Positions 1 through 9,433 of a DNA stretch of 64,000 bases are shown here, in pieces. How positions within the stretch are numbered: position 1 is the first letter of the stretch; the number at the start of each line of letters is the position of its first letter. The DNA lies in the IMG/VR virus record IMGVR_UViG_3300042292_001068; one strand, written 5' to 3'. The stretch is from an uncultured virus (IMG/VR IMGVR_UViG_3300042292_001068). Its lineage: Duplodnaviria > Heunggongvirae > Uroviricota > Caudoviricetes. The translations under genes were made by a program, and so were the position numbers. Below the pieces are notes generated by a model. It made no database searches and was not told where the DNA came from. It worked only from the letters and a program-made list of their open reading frames with translations.

Positions 1-1000
1 GGGAATAGTACAGGAAAAGGGATAGTAATTAAAAAAAGGGTCGCTATAAGAAAAAAAAAACGGCAGTAGTAGAAGAATAATCCCGAAAGAATAAGGAAAA
101 TGGTAGGTAGAGAATAAATAGGGGCGATAAATGAAGGATTCAGAAATGCTTAATAGTTCAGTAAAGGGGATTAATAGATAAGCACAGGAATAAAAATAGC
201 CACAGAAAGCACAGAATAAGGGCGTAAATAGAAACGAGTAAGGTAAATGGGCAGGAATAATAAGATAATGCGAGAAATGGAAGGAAAAGTGGGTGAAATG
301 AGTAATAAGAGTAGGTGGTGGGGGTGGTGTTCCCCGAAAAACGGCTTTTTTCTCGGCAGAAATAGGGGTGTGAGTGGATTTAAAGGGGTGAGTGGGGTGA
401 ATGTATGGGTTGATGCCCGAAAATGCGTGTGAGAAAGGGAAATGAAGCCGTTAGGGAAGGGAAAGGGGAAAAGGGGGAAATAAAAAAGGGGAATCGAAAC
501 CACTCCCTTCCCCTTCTTAACTTTAAAAAAAAAAAAATGATTATGATATAAACACCTATAACCAAGCCACCGATACAAAAATAATAAAAATTGAATAAAC
601 TGATTTTAAAATTCAATTTTATTTAATTAGAAAACGGAAAAAATATTCAAAATATTGATAATCAAATAGTTATTAATTGTTTACCGATAGAAATCGGGTG
701 CAGTTGTATGTGTGTGTATGCACATACGCACATATATAATAAAATAATTAAATAAAACAATACCTTGTTGATAAATAAAAAAATCAATTAAAAATCAAAG
801 AGCAAATTAGGGGTTGTATGGGGTACGCAAGGGGTATAGCAGGGGCAGGGCAGGGGTATATAAACCCCTAACTAACCCCTTACAAATAACATATTTGTTA
901 CAAATACACTAAAAAGGCAAAGTATAAAAGTTATTAACAATAATTATTAGAAGTGTAAATTCAAGTGCGAATTAATAGGTTAATTATCATTTATAATAAA
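1..1000. other. Non-coding purine-rich/G-tract region with hairpins; possible origin or genome-end region
   Basis: Strong A/G bias on + strand over 1-500, many GGG/GGGG runs, no credible ORF, hairpins at 711-732, 852-869 and 882-898. Confidence 0.55.
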
Positions 1001-1037
1001 TTATTTATTATCTTTACGAATAATAAAAAAATACGAT

Positions 1038-1286
1038 ATGAATATTAGAGAACAAATACTTGAAGAATTAGATGAAAACGAGGAAGTAATCTTCGCAGAT
1101 GGCTTGGATGGTGCTATAATAGGTAAAATATACAATACCAATGTGCTTGTTTATTCATTTACAAAAGCGATGGAGATACTTCAAAAAGAAATGACAGAAG
1201 AAGAAGCCGTTGATTTTTTACACTTCAATACTATGAGTGTTGGGGGTGAAGGTATGCCTGTTTGGGTTATGGATTACTATGGATAA
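1038..1286 (+). CDS. Small conserved-looking phage hypothetical protein
   Basis: ATG after A-rich leader; FADGLDGAIIG...EEAVDFLHFN pattern typical of a common small phage protein. Confidence 0.7.
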   Translation: MNIREQILEELDENEEVIFADGLDGAIIGKIYNTNVLVYSFTKAMEILQKEMTEEEAVDFLHFNTMSVGGEGMPVWVMDYYG

Positions 1287-1460
1287 AATCAATCAAAAAG
1301 TATAATTTCTATCACAAATAAGTGATGTCCACTAACGATAGGAAAAATACCAAATATGTTATAAAAAAGAAGAAAATTTATAATTAATTACGATTAAAAA
1401 AACTTCTGTAACATAATTAAACAAAGGGATTGAATAAAATAATATTTTAACAATTAATGA

Positions 1461-1646
1461 ATGTTTATGACAACGAATGAAATCAACAATTATCTTGTCA
1501 AGATAAAAGCAGAACCTAAACAAAGAATTGAAAGAGATAATGGTGGGCAGTATTTAGATAATTTCCTATTTGAATTTGCAAAGATAGTCCGTGATAATAC
1601 TATTGATAAATGTAGAGGTAGTTTGAAAAAATTAAAATCAGATTAA
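1461..1646 (+). CDS. Hypothetical protein
   Basis: 61 aa ORF abutting next ORF. Confidence 0.55.
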   Translation: MFMTTNEINNYLVKIKAEPKQRIERDNGGQYLDNFLFEFAKIVRDNTIDKCRGSLKKLKSD

Positions 1647-1847
1647 ATGAAAATTAGAAAGTGTAGAAAAAAATATGTCGTAATTGTAAATAGAAGGTCA
1701 AACTGCATTTATTTAACAAGGGATAATAGTGAATTTTATTATTCATCTTCAAGTGCATTTCCCTCTTGGAGATGTAATTTTCAAAAAGCAAAAGAACTTA
1801 TCCAACAAGGTGTTAAAATAGGTTTAACTTTTTCAGTTGTAAAATAA
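1647..1847 (+). CDS. Hypothetical protein
   Basis: 66 aa ORF in tightly packed run. Confidence 0.55.
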   Translation: MKIRKCRKKYVVIVNRRSNCIYLTRDNSEFYYSSSSAFPSWRCNFQKAKELIQQGVKIGLTFSVVK

Positions 1848-1862
1848 TTAAAACAGAATAAG

Positions 1863-2216
1863 ATGGAAAAAATATTAGGAACGGAATGGTTGGTTGAGCA
1901 GTTGAGAAACGGCAAAGAATTAAATGATGAATTAATCAATGAAGCAAAACAAATTGAGCAAAACAATTTATTAGTGCCATTTAAAGTAGAAATAAAGGAT
2001 TACGAAAAGGATATTCATCATTTATTATTGTCTTTTCAGAGTGTAGGAATATCTACCGACTATAAAACGGCTGATTTAATAAATGATTGTTTTAAACTCC
2101 TTCAATCAAAAGGTGGAGAAGCAAACATTGAAGATATGGTTCATATAAAACATAACCACTTAAAAAAGTGGAATGAATACTTCAAAAATAAAAAGGAAAA
2201 TGACCAAGAAGAATAG
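1863..2216 (+). CDS. Hypothetical protein
   Basis: 117 aa ORF, codirectional, phage-like composition. Confidence 0.65.
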   Translation: MEKILGTEWLVEQLRNGKELNDELINEAKQIEQNNLLVPFKVEIKDYEKDIHHLLLSFQSVGISTDYKTADLINDCFKLLQSKGGEANIEDMVHIKHNHLKKWNEYFKNKKENDQEE

Positions 2217-2448
2217 TAAAAGAATAAATGGATTTGATTGGTATAACACACTAACAGAACAACAACAAGGTATGTGGTTTGAAAACCTGCAAAATCAAAT
2301 TGAAAAAGAAGAAGATAGTAGAGAATTTGTTGAAGATTTTCTAAATGATTATTTTGATTCTTTCAGAGATTTTTTATTGTCATCTTTTGATTGGGAAGAA
2401 AGTAATGAAGGACACGAATATTGGGAGAATATATCTTTCCGAAATTAA
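2200..2448 (+). CDS. Hypothetical acidic protein
   Basis: ORF 2173..2448, likely start at ATG 2200; C-terminal FDWEESNEGHEYW. Confidence 0.65.
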   Translation: MTKKNSKRINGFDWYNTLTEQQQGMWFENLQNQIEKEEDSREFVEDFLNDYFDSFRDFLLSSFDWEESNEGHEYWENISFRN

Positions 2449-2461
2449 ATAAAAATTAATA

Positions 2462-2569
2462 ATGGAGATATTTATATTTTTGTTTATACTAATAGTAATT
2501 AATGCTTTTGTAGAAGCATATATTAAAAAACAAAACAACAAAAATGAAAAAAACGATAAATCGGAATAA
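2462..2569 (+). CDS. Small membrane peptide (35 aa)
   Basis: Read by hand: MEIFIFLFILIVINAFVEAYIKKQ..., hydrophobic N-terminus. Confidence 0.4.
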   Translation: MEIFIFLFILIVINAFVEAYIKKQNNKNEKNDKSE

Positions 2570-2611
2570 TGAAATTATTTAGAAAAATAAATAACATAAT
2601 AAAATGCTTAT

Positions 2612-2902
2612 TTGGTAGGCACGAATGGGAATACTTGTGGGGTAACTATCACACAGGGAAAGATGTATTTGAATGTAATAGTTGTGGGAAAAGAATTGAA
2701 GAATAAAGAATCAAAAGATTTGGGTTGTGCTTGTTATGGAAATAATCAAGTACATCGTTGTTTTTGTAATGATACAAAGCCGTTGAAATTACAGAAGGTA
2801 GAAGTTACTATGCAGGAAATTTGGCAACAAACTATACCTAAAATACATACAAGTAAAAAGACATATAGGCGAAAAAATAAGCATAAAAACCAATTAGATT
2901 AA
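2612..2902 (+). CDS. Hypothetical protein (start uncertain)
   Basis: ORF with CAC...CFC and basic tail KKTYRRKNKHK. Confidence 0.45.
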   Translation: MVGTNGNTCGVTITQGKMYLNVIVVGKELKNKESKDLGCACYGNNQVHRCFCNDTKPLKLQKVEVTMQEIWQQTIPKIHTSKKTYRRKNKHKNQLD

Positions 2903-2943
2903 TTATTTAGAAAAATAATCGCAATTATTTAATTAAATAATCT

Positions 2944-2951
2944 TAAATTTG
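2944..2951 (+). promoter_or_regulatory. Bacteroidota-type -7 promoter box TAAATTTG
   Basis: Matches TAnnTTTG, 18 nt upstream of ATG 2970. Confidence 0.55.
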
Positions 2952-2969
2952 ATAATTAAACTTTAAAAT

Positions 2970-3242
2970 ATGGATATAGTAAGCACAAACCCTGTAAAAA
3001 CGCTTTCATTAGATGAATTGAATAAATTTTTAGAAGCGATTGATAAAAATTTTAGTGTTGTAACAATTAAAGGAAAAGTTGTAGAAGATTTACATAAAAG
3101 ATGGTGGGATTTGAACGAACAATGTTTGAAATACGCATATTGGAATCACGAAAGAATTACAAAGGATTATCCTAAAATGGAAAATAGAAGTTATGGCGAC
3201 ATAATTAAAATAATGATTAACGAAGAACTACAAATGCGATGA
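2970..3242 (+). CDS. Hypothetical protein
   Basis: 90 aa ORF after promoter box, ATGA overlap with next gene. Confidence 0.65.
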   Translation: MDIVSTNPVKTLSLDELNKFLEAIDKNFSVVTIKGKVVEDLHKRWWDLNEQCLKYAYWNHERITKDYPKMENRSYGDIIKIMINEELQMR

Positions 3243-3433
3243 AAAAATGGTTCAGATTTGAGGTGTTATATCAGAAGGTTAATCCGTTATCTACTGATAT
3301 TAAATTAAAAATATACACCAATTATCAAACTGCGTATGCTGAAACCATAGAGAAGGCAGAAGAACACGCAATAAGATGCTTTGAGGTTGAAAGATTTGGA
3401 GATAAAATATTATCAGTTAGATGTATTAATTAA
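3239..3433 (+). CDS. Hypothetical protein
   Basis: 64 aa ORF, translationally coupled. Confidence 0.6.
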   Translation: MKKWFRFEVLYQKVNPLSTDIKLKIYTNYQTAYAETIEKAEEHAIRCFEVERFGDKILSVRCIN

Positions 3434-3929
3434 TTTATGTTAAATGCAAAAACTTAAAAACCATATTATTCCAAACGAAGTGAAAAATATCGAATCTTGC
3501 CAAGTTGCTTTTGGTGATAATAGATATTTACTTGATGTTCCCGACTACCAAAAAAAATGGTTTAGGGAAAATTACGAAACGATTAAAAATAAAATACAAG
3601 AAACTGAATTTATAGATTATTCAATGTTTGAAAATAATCTTTTTGGAAAAGACGAAAGGTTTATTAATTACACGGCTGATAAAAACGGATTGATAGAAGA
3701 TTATTTAGACAATTATATTTGCCACGAAAAAAAAACATTTTTGTTAAGGGATGTACTTATTTGTTTTTTAGAAGATTGTAAGGACTTTGAATATTTTGAA
3801 ATGGCACATAATATTAATTTAATTTTAATGTCTTTTGATTGTATTATTTCGGGTTACATTAATTATGAACTTGAATGGTATAAAAAGAATTTAATTTAAC
3901 GATTTGGAGATAAAATATTATCAGTTAGA
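3393..3929 (+). repeat. 29-bp direct repeat GATTTGGAGATAAAATATTATCAGTTAGA flanking gene 3444..3899
   Basis: Identical copies at 3393-3421 and 3901-3929. Confidence 0.9.
3444..3899 (+). CDS. Hypothetical protein, apparently inserted
   Basis: 151 aa ORF bracketed by 29-bp direct repeats. Confidence 0.65.
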   Translation: MQKLKNHIIPNEVKNIESCQVAFGDNRYLLDVPDYQKKWFRENYETIKNKIQETEFIDYSMFENNLFGKDERFINYTADKNGLIEDYLDNYICHEKKTFLLRDVLICFLEDCKDFEYFEMAHNINLILMSFDCIISGYINYELEWYKKNLI

Positions 3930-3961
3930 AATATAACAGAATAAATAAATAAATAAATAAA

Positions 3962-4486
3962 ATGATTGAACATTTATTAATGCCAAAAATATTTTGGTTT
4001 ACAGGACAAGCAGGTGCAGGGAAAACTGAATTGGCAAATATGCTTAAATTACGATTAATTCGTGAGCAAACTATTGTTCAACAAACTTATATAGGGAAAG
4101 ATATTTGGAGTTCACATATTCCCAATAAAAAATTCGTAATTATTGATGGTGATGACATTCGTGAACTTTATAAAAATACCGATTATTCAGTTGAGGGTAG
4201 AAAAGCAAATGTAGATTTCGTTCAGAAGATGTGCCTTTTCTTAAAGAAAAACAACATCGTTCCTATCGTATGTATGGTAAGTCCTTTTGCAGAGCAACGC
4301 AGAGCATTTATTCAAGAAGAAAACGGCATTGAAATTTATGTTCATTGTAACGAAATAAGAGGTCGTGAAAATTATCATATTGATTATTACGAAAAACCTG
4401 TTAATTATGACAATGCAGTAGAAATAGATACAACAAACAAAAGTGTAGAAAAATCATTTGAAGAATTATGGAAAAACTTATTGTAG
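3962..4486 (+). CDS. cysC: Adenylylsulfate (APS) kinase-like P-loop kinase
   Basis: WFTGQAGAGKT, IDGDDIR, DYSVEGRKANV, VSPF...R, IEIYVHC, YEKP motifs typical of APS kinase. Confidence 0.8.
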   Translation: MIEHLLMPKIFWFTGQAGAGKTELANMLKLRLIREQTIVQQTYIGKDIWSSHIPNKKFVIIDGDDIRELYKNTDYSVEGRKANVDFVQKMCLFLKKNNIVPIVCMVSPFAEQRRAFIQEENGIEIYVHCNEIRGRENYHIDYYEKPVNYDNAVEIDTTNKSVEKSFEELWKNLL

Positions 4487-4854
4487 AATCAATAGACAAA
4501 ACAAATAACCCCGATAAATTCGCTTTATTTATTGGCAGGTGGCAACCTTTTCACGAAGGACATCAATGGTTAATAGACCAAAAATTAAAACACGGCAAAC
4601 GAGTTTGTATTGCTATTCGTGATGTTCCCCAAGATGATGAAAATTGGTGGAGTTCAGATGAAATACAAGTAATGCTTGAAGAAAAATTTGCTGAATTAAT
4701 TAAATCGGGAATGATAAAAGTTATTCAGATACCCGATATTGAAAGTGTAAATATTGGTAGAGGTATTGGCTACGATATTATTGAGCATATTCCACCACAG
4801 GATGTTTACGATATTTCAGCAACAAAAATTCGAGAACAATTAAAAAATAAATAA
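4468..4854 (+). CDS. HxGH nucleotidyltransferase (cytidylyltransferase-like)
   Basis: FIGRWQPFHEGH and C-terminal ISATKIR motifs. Confidence 0.8.
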   Translation: MEKLIVESIDKTNNPDKFALFIGRWQPFHEGHQWLIDQKLKHGKRVCIAIRDVPQDDENWWSSDEIQVMLEEKFAELIKSGMIKVIQIPDIESVNIGRGIGYDIIEHIPPQDVYDISATKIREQLKNK

Positions 4855-4855
4855 T

Positions 4856-5278
4856 ATGAGCATAAGACAAACTTCCATTGATTGTTATAATCAAATAAAA
4901 GCAGATGGATTACTTACAAAACGCAGATTAGAAGTATATGAAGCCATTTTAAAAAATGCCCCTTGCACAAGTTCCGAAGCGATGTTAAATAGGTTAAATT
5001 CGAGTAATGTTTTATCTCAATCAAGAGCAAGATTTACCGAGTTAAGAGAATTAGGTGTTATTTATGAGAAAGGAATTAAGAAATGTAGTGTTACAGGTAA
5101 AAATGTAATAGAATGGGATTTAACAGACAATTTACCTATAAATTCTAAAATAATTCATAATACGAAAAAAGATAGAATTAATAATACTTTAAATGCTTTG
5201 CGAGAATTATTCAAAAACAAATCTGATTCTACTGATGAAGATTGGAAAAAAGTTGCTGATTTAATTAAAAATATATAA
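4856..5278 (+). CDS. Putative winged-HTH DNA-binding protein
   Basis: RARFTELRELGVI...KCSVTGK pattern. Confidence 0.5.
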   Translation: MSIRQTSIDCYNQIKADGLLTKRRLEVYEAILKNAPCTSSEAMLNRLNSSNVLSQSRARFTELRELGVIYEKGIKKCSVTGKNVIEWDLTDNLPINSKIIHNTKKDRINNTLNALRELFKNKSDSTDEDWKKVADLIKNI

Positions 5279-5709
5279 TGGAAAAGACATATCAAATTCG
5301 ATATAATACCCACTCAAAAGATGATTCAACAAGTTGGCGATTGATTTGCGATGATGAAGAAATTTTGGTTGAAGATATTTATATTACTTCCGAAACACAT
5401 ACTTCAAAAGATTGGGTAAAAGAATTAAAACAACATAAATATCATATCATTTGCACAGGTCATTTATTGATTAAAAATAATGTGGCTTACATAACAACTA
5501 ACGATAAAGTATTGTCTGTTAAACGGCATTTAGCGAAAACAATTTCTTATAGAGTTATGGCTACTGCAATTACGATTGGAACTGCTTTAATTTTAGGACT
5601 TGATATTGAAGCATCAGCATTATTGGGAGTTGGGGAAATTATGATAAAACCTGTTTTCTATTTCTTCCACGAAAGAATTTGGTACAATTTAAGATTTCGT
5701 AAAAAATAA
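5278..5709 (+). CDS. DUF2061-like membrane domain protein
   Basis: C-terminal RHLAKTISYR...YFFHERIW signature. Confidence 0.7.
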   Translation: MEKTYQIRYNTHSKDDSTSWRLICDDEEILVEDIYITSETHTSKDWVKELKQHKYHIICTGHLLIKNNVAYITTNDKVLSVKRHLAKTISYRVMATAITIGTALILGLDIEASALLGVGEIMIKPVFYFFHERIWYNLRFRKK

Positions 5710-5712
5710 AAT

Positions 5713-5925
5713 ATGGAAAAAGAATTAGATTATTGTTGTGATAAATGCGAAGTTGAAATGGAGATTTTTGACATCGGAATTTTATCATCACTTGAAGATG
5801 AATGTAGTTTCACTTCAAAAATGATTTGCTTGTGTAAACCTTGCACACTTGAAAGAGAGGTAGAACTCAAAAGAGAATTGGCTTTAATTCAATACGCAAT
5901 TAAACAAAATATAAAAGGTCGCTAA
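5713..5925 (+). CDS. Small Cys-rich (zinc-finger-like) protein
   Basis: CDKC...CKPC. Confidence 0.55.
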   Translation: MEKELDYCCDKCEVEMEIFDIGILSSLEDECSFTSKMICLCKPCTLEREVELKRELALIQYAIKQNIKGR

Positions 5926-5939
5926 TTAAATTCAAAATT

Positions 5940-6140
5940 ATGGAAGTAAAAACAAATGTATTTCTAAACGAAGAAGATGTTCGTGCTATATTAAAAAAGG
6001 ATTTACAGAAGCAAGGTTACAAAGTAATTGGTGAATTAGAAGTAATTGTGAAAAAATCACCGAAAGGAGATAATATTCAAATTAGAGCCGAAGTTCAAAA
6101 GCAGTTTAAAAACAGAATTAGTTTACCAAAAGAACCATAA
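5940..6140 (+). CDS. Hypothetical protein
   Basis: 66 aa ORF in packed run. Confidence 0.6.
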   Translation: MEVKTNVFLNEEDVRAILKKDLQKQGYKVIGELEVIVKKSPKGDNIQIRAEVQKQFKNRISLPKEP

Positions 6141-6141
6141 A

Positions 6142-6534
6142 ATGATTGAACAAGCAATTACAGATAATACGGACAATAAATTCGTAATTGATTTTTTTGA
6201 ATTAGCATTTTTAACAGAAGCGTGTTTGCCACAATCAACAATAGCAAGACATTGTTTTTTTATGAATGTTATTGACAGGTATTATCATCAAATGAGTTGG
6301 GAACAACGAAAACATTTCTTTCAATGGATTGGAAAAAAGTTGAATATGGAATATGAAGAATCCCAAATTTTTTGTGCGAGATTTAATCCCGATAACCAAT
6401 TTAATGTAACCACATTTTATGAAGGTAAAAAATTAAATATTGAAGCATTTTTATTAAAAGATAGATATTGGTTTGCAAGTAATAAAAGCGTGAATGATGA
6501 TTATATTGAAAGTGTTGAGAAATTGACAATTTAA
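6142..6534 (+). CDS. Hypothetical protein
   Basis: 130 aa ORF; IDFFELAFLTEAC...ARFNPDNQF. Confidence 0.65.
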   Translation: MIEQAITDNTDNKFVIDFFELAFLTEACLPQSTIARHCFFMNVIDRYYHQMSWEQRKHFFQWIGKKLNMEYEESQIFCARFNPDNQFNVTTFYEGKKLNIEAFLLKDRYWFASNKSVNDDYIESVEKLTI

Positions 6535-6560
6535 TTCAATTATTCGTTTAGATAATTTAT

Positions 6561-6568
6561 TATCTTTG
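6561..6568 (+). promoter_or_regulatory. Bacteroidota-type -7 promoter box TATCTTTG
   Basis: TAnnTTTG just upstream of ssb. Confidence 0.6.
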
Positions 6569-6591
6569 GCGTAAATTTTATACTAAAAAAA

Positions 6592-6993
6592 ATGATAGGA
6601 ATTAATAGTGTTACAATTATTGGAAACATCGGAACAATAAGTGATATAATGACAACGACTAATGGTGCGAGATTTGTGAATTTAACTATTGCAACAACTG
6701 AAACTTATTATTCGGCAAACAATGAGAAGAAAAGCAATACACAATGGCATAATGTAGTTATTTGGAATAATATGACTGAACTACAAAAAATGTTATCAAA
6801 GGGCGATTTGATTTATGTTGAAGGAAGATTAAATTACAGGAAAAAATCCGAAACTCAATTTTTTACAGAAATTGTTGCTAAAAACATTCGTATTCTGAAC
6901 AGAAAAAATTATTCTGCATCAGATAAAGCAGGTGAAATAGAAACGATTAATATAGAAGATATGGGTTTCCCTATTTTTGATGACAATGAGTAA
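6592..6993 (+). CDS. ssb: Single-stranded DNA-binding protein
   Basis: INSVTIIGNIG, TIATTE, TQWHNVVIW, KGDLIYVEGRL, acidic C-terminal tail. Confidence 0.9.
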   Translation: MIGINSVTIIGNIGTISDIMTTTNGARFVNLTIATTETYYSANNEKKSNTQWHNVVIWNNMTELQKMLSKGDLIYVEGRLNYRKKSETQFFTEIVAKNIRILNRKNYSASDKAGEIETINIEDMGFPIFDDNE

Positions 6994-7225
6994 ATACATT
7001 AAAAGAAAAGGTTTAATTGAACTGCACTATGGGTGGGATGATTCCAAAAAGGAATACTACTACTATGTATTTGACCTTTCTCGAAAAAATATAAATGGTG
7101 GCTTGGTTGATTTCGCAGGTTCTAAATCTACAATGATGCCCCCAATAGTTTTAGCAGAGAAATTAAAAACATTTGATGCACCTGTTGAACACATTCAGAA
7201 GATATTATATATGCGTAAAATTTGA
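6986..7225 (+). CDS. Hypothetical protein
   Basis: ORF 6977..7225, start uncertain. Confidence 0.6.
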   Translation: MSKYIKRKGLIELHYGWDDSKKEYYYYVFDLSRKNINGGLVDFAGSKSTMMPPIVLAEKLKTFDAPVEHIQKILYMRKI

Positions 7226-7228
7226 ATT

Positions 7229-7477
7229 ATGGAAAATTGGTTTACTAAAATGGCAGTTTTGACTGCACGATTTGTTGTCGTTGGAATGTTTACATTCTTT
7301 TATGTTACTCCCCTGTATATATTGTTTTATTTAATAATTTTTCAAGATACAGAATTATGGTCTGAAATAGGAACGAGATTCTATTTAATCTCTTATTTGA
7401 TAGGGTTTGTAATCAATTACATCAACATAGCAAATGGTCTTAAAAAAGACGAAAAAGCCGTAAATAAAGGGGTGTAG
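7229..7477 (+). CDS. Two-TM membrane protein
   Basis: Two hydrophobic stretches, basic C-terminal tail. Confidence 0.6.
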   Translation: MENWFTKMAVLTARFVVVGMFTFFYVTPLYILFYLIIFQDTELWSEIGTRFYLISYLIGFVINYINIANGLKKDEKAVNKGV

Positions 7478-7634
7478 AGTTAAAAAATTATTAAAAATAA
7501 TAATTAGTGTTAAATGCAATTATTAAAATTAATAATCGACCTAAAATGGTTGAATTATTGAATTTAATAACTATCTTTATCACGGATTATTATTAATTTG
7601 ACAATAGTACAAAAATTATTAAAAATAATAATGT

Positions 7635-7979
7635 ATGCTTATAATGACAGGAAAAATAGTAATGATTGAATCGAAGGAAATCGTCAAAAGCGAAGTTGAT
7701 AGATTTATGAAAGTTACTTTGGTTCTTGTAAAGCAGATGAAAGGTAAAAAACGGAATGTATGTTTTGAATCCTATGGAAAGGTAGCGAAGGAGATTTTGA
7801 ATTTTAGAAACGGAGAAAGAATTAGAGTTTATTTTACGATTGATTCAGTTCCGAAAAATGGAAGTTGGTATCATACGCTAAAAGCAGTAGAAGTTGAAAA
7901 GGAAGTAAAGGCACAAAAAAATGATAACACAAATCAAAATACAATAAATTATGACACGACTGAAAAAGGTTTTGAATGA
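7635..7979 (+). CDS. OB-fold protein, DUF3127-like
   Basis: TGKI...VCFE.YG...GERIRVYFTI.S...NGSWYHTLKA pattern of Bacteroidota DUF3127. Confidence 0.6.
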   Translation: MLIMTGKIVMIESKEIVKSEVDRFMKVTLVLVKQMKGKKRNVCFESYGKVAKEILNFRNGERIRVYFTIDSVPKNGSWYHTLKAVEVEKEVKAQKNDNTNQNTINYDTTEKGFE

Positions 7980-8148
7980 TAAAAAAATGTCGCAAAAGGA
8001 ATTAGCGAAATTATCAGATGTTGCAGAATATAAAATATCGCAACTATGTATGGGCAAGTCAAAAGATTTGTTTCTATCAACGGCAAAAAGAATTTGCGAA
8101 GTATTGAATGTTAGTTTGGATGATGCGTTTGGCGATGTGATTAAATAA
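7951..8148 (+). CDS. XRE/Cro-family HTH regulator
   Basis: LKKVL..KKMSQKELAKLS.V....ISQL..G...TAKRICEVLNVSLDD. Confidence 0.85.
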   Translation: MTRLKKVLNDKKMSQKELAKLSDVAEYKISQLCMGKSKDLFLSTAKRICEVLNVSLDDAFGDVIK

Positions 8149-8200
8149 GATTTTATTTAGTTTGAGTTAGATAGAATTTTTCAAGTAAAAAAAAATAGTA

Positions 8201-9433
8201 ATGAAAGTATTGAACGATATATTTAAAGACATAACAGAAAAAGAATTTTTTGATAATCAATTCAAGGAAATACATTGGAATAAAAATGTTCTTTTCATTA
8301 ATCCACAATTAAATGGTAGGCACTTTTACAAGTATTTGTTGCCGTACTTATTTATGTACGAATACAATGCTTGGGCAACTGCGATAACAGGAATTGATAG
8401 ATACAAGCCATTCAAAGAATACGAGCCAATGAAAATCCCATTAAACTCTTTGCAGATTTTATGGGCAGATTATGTTGTGTTCCCATTTACTTTTGATGAC
8501 TTAACGGAATCGTATAAGAATTTGAGAAAAATAAATCCAAACATTAATATCGTATTTAATATAGATTTCAATTATTACGAATTATCTAAAAATCATTCTT
8601 TGTATAAAGATTTCCAAAGCAGAAATGCAACTGAAAATATAGAGAAAAACATTTTCTATTCAGATTTGACATTAACTACAAATACGAAACTCACAGAAGT
8701 TGTTTTGGAAAAACTAAAAGATTTATCCGAATCGAAATTCAAAGATGAAGAAAGTTATGTTTCTATTGGAACTTTGCCTTTGCTTCTTGATACGGAAATA
8801 ATTTTGGAGAACATCGAAACGACAATTCCAAAATTAACATTAGAAGAACAGAATCCCTTGCGTGTAGGTATTGTTGCAACAAATTATACTTGGGAAGATT
8901 TAACATCGTACAAAGAGCAATTTAACAAAATTCAAAATGAATTAGGCGACAAGGTTAAATTCTTTGTATTTGGTTTTGATGGAATTGATTACCAAACAGG
9001 TAAAAGTTGCTTTCCCGAAGGATTCAAATTTGAACATATTAAACCATCTACCATAGTTCATTATTACAAGCAATTAAGAAACTTGCAATTAGATTTATTG
9101 TTTATTCCTTTACGCAAGAATACATTCAACGAAACAAGCGAGAATTACAATAAATTCTTGGAAGCAGGATTGTTTAATATTCCAACAATGGTTTATGACA
9201 TATTCCCATATAATCAAATAATTAAAAATGGTGATAATGGTGTGTTACTATCAAAGAAAGATGATTTAATTGAACGATTGAAATTTTTCAGCGAAAACAA
9301 ACCCGAATTAAAAAGAATGGGAAATAGTGTTAATTCTTATGTTATAAAAAATTTCAGTTTAACAGAACAAAATATAGCAATTATAGACGATATTTATACC
9401 TTAAATTATGAAAACGAAGAAGATAATGACTGA
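8201..9433 (+). CDS. Glycosyltransferase (GT-B, family 4-like)
   Basis: C-terminal LDLLFIPL..N.FN...NKFLEAG...PY...IKNGDNGVL. Confidence 0.75.
   Translation: MKVLNDIFKDITEKEFFDNQFKEIHWNKNVLFINPQLNGRHFYKYLLPYLFMYEYNAWATAITGIDRYKPFKEYEPMKIPLNSLQILWADYVVFPFTFDDLTESYKNLRKINPNINIVFNIDFNYYELSKNHSLYKDFQSRNATENIEKNIFYSDLTLTTNTKLTEVVLEKLKDLSESKFKDEESYVSIGTLPLLLDTEIILENIETTIPKLTLEEQNPLRVGIVATNYTWEDLTSYKEQFNKIQNELGDKVKFFVFGFDGIDYQTGKSCFPEGFKFEHIKPSTIVHYYKQLRNLQLDLLFIPLRKNTFNETSENYNKFLEAGLFNIPTMVYDIFPYNQIIKNGDNGVLLSKKDDLIERLKFFSENKPELKRMGNSVNSYVIKNFSLTEQNIAIIDDIYTLNYENEEDND

Noticed and set aside
171..616. ORFs 171..578(-), 247..432(+), 380..616(-)
   Set aside because: Low-complexity translations produced by purine skew and homopolymers; no protein-like features
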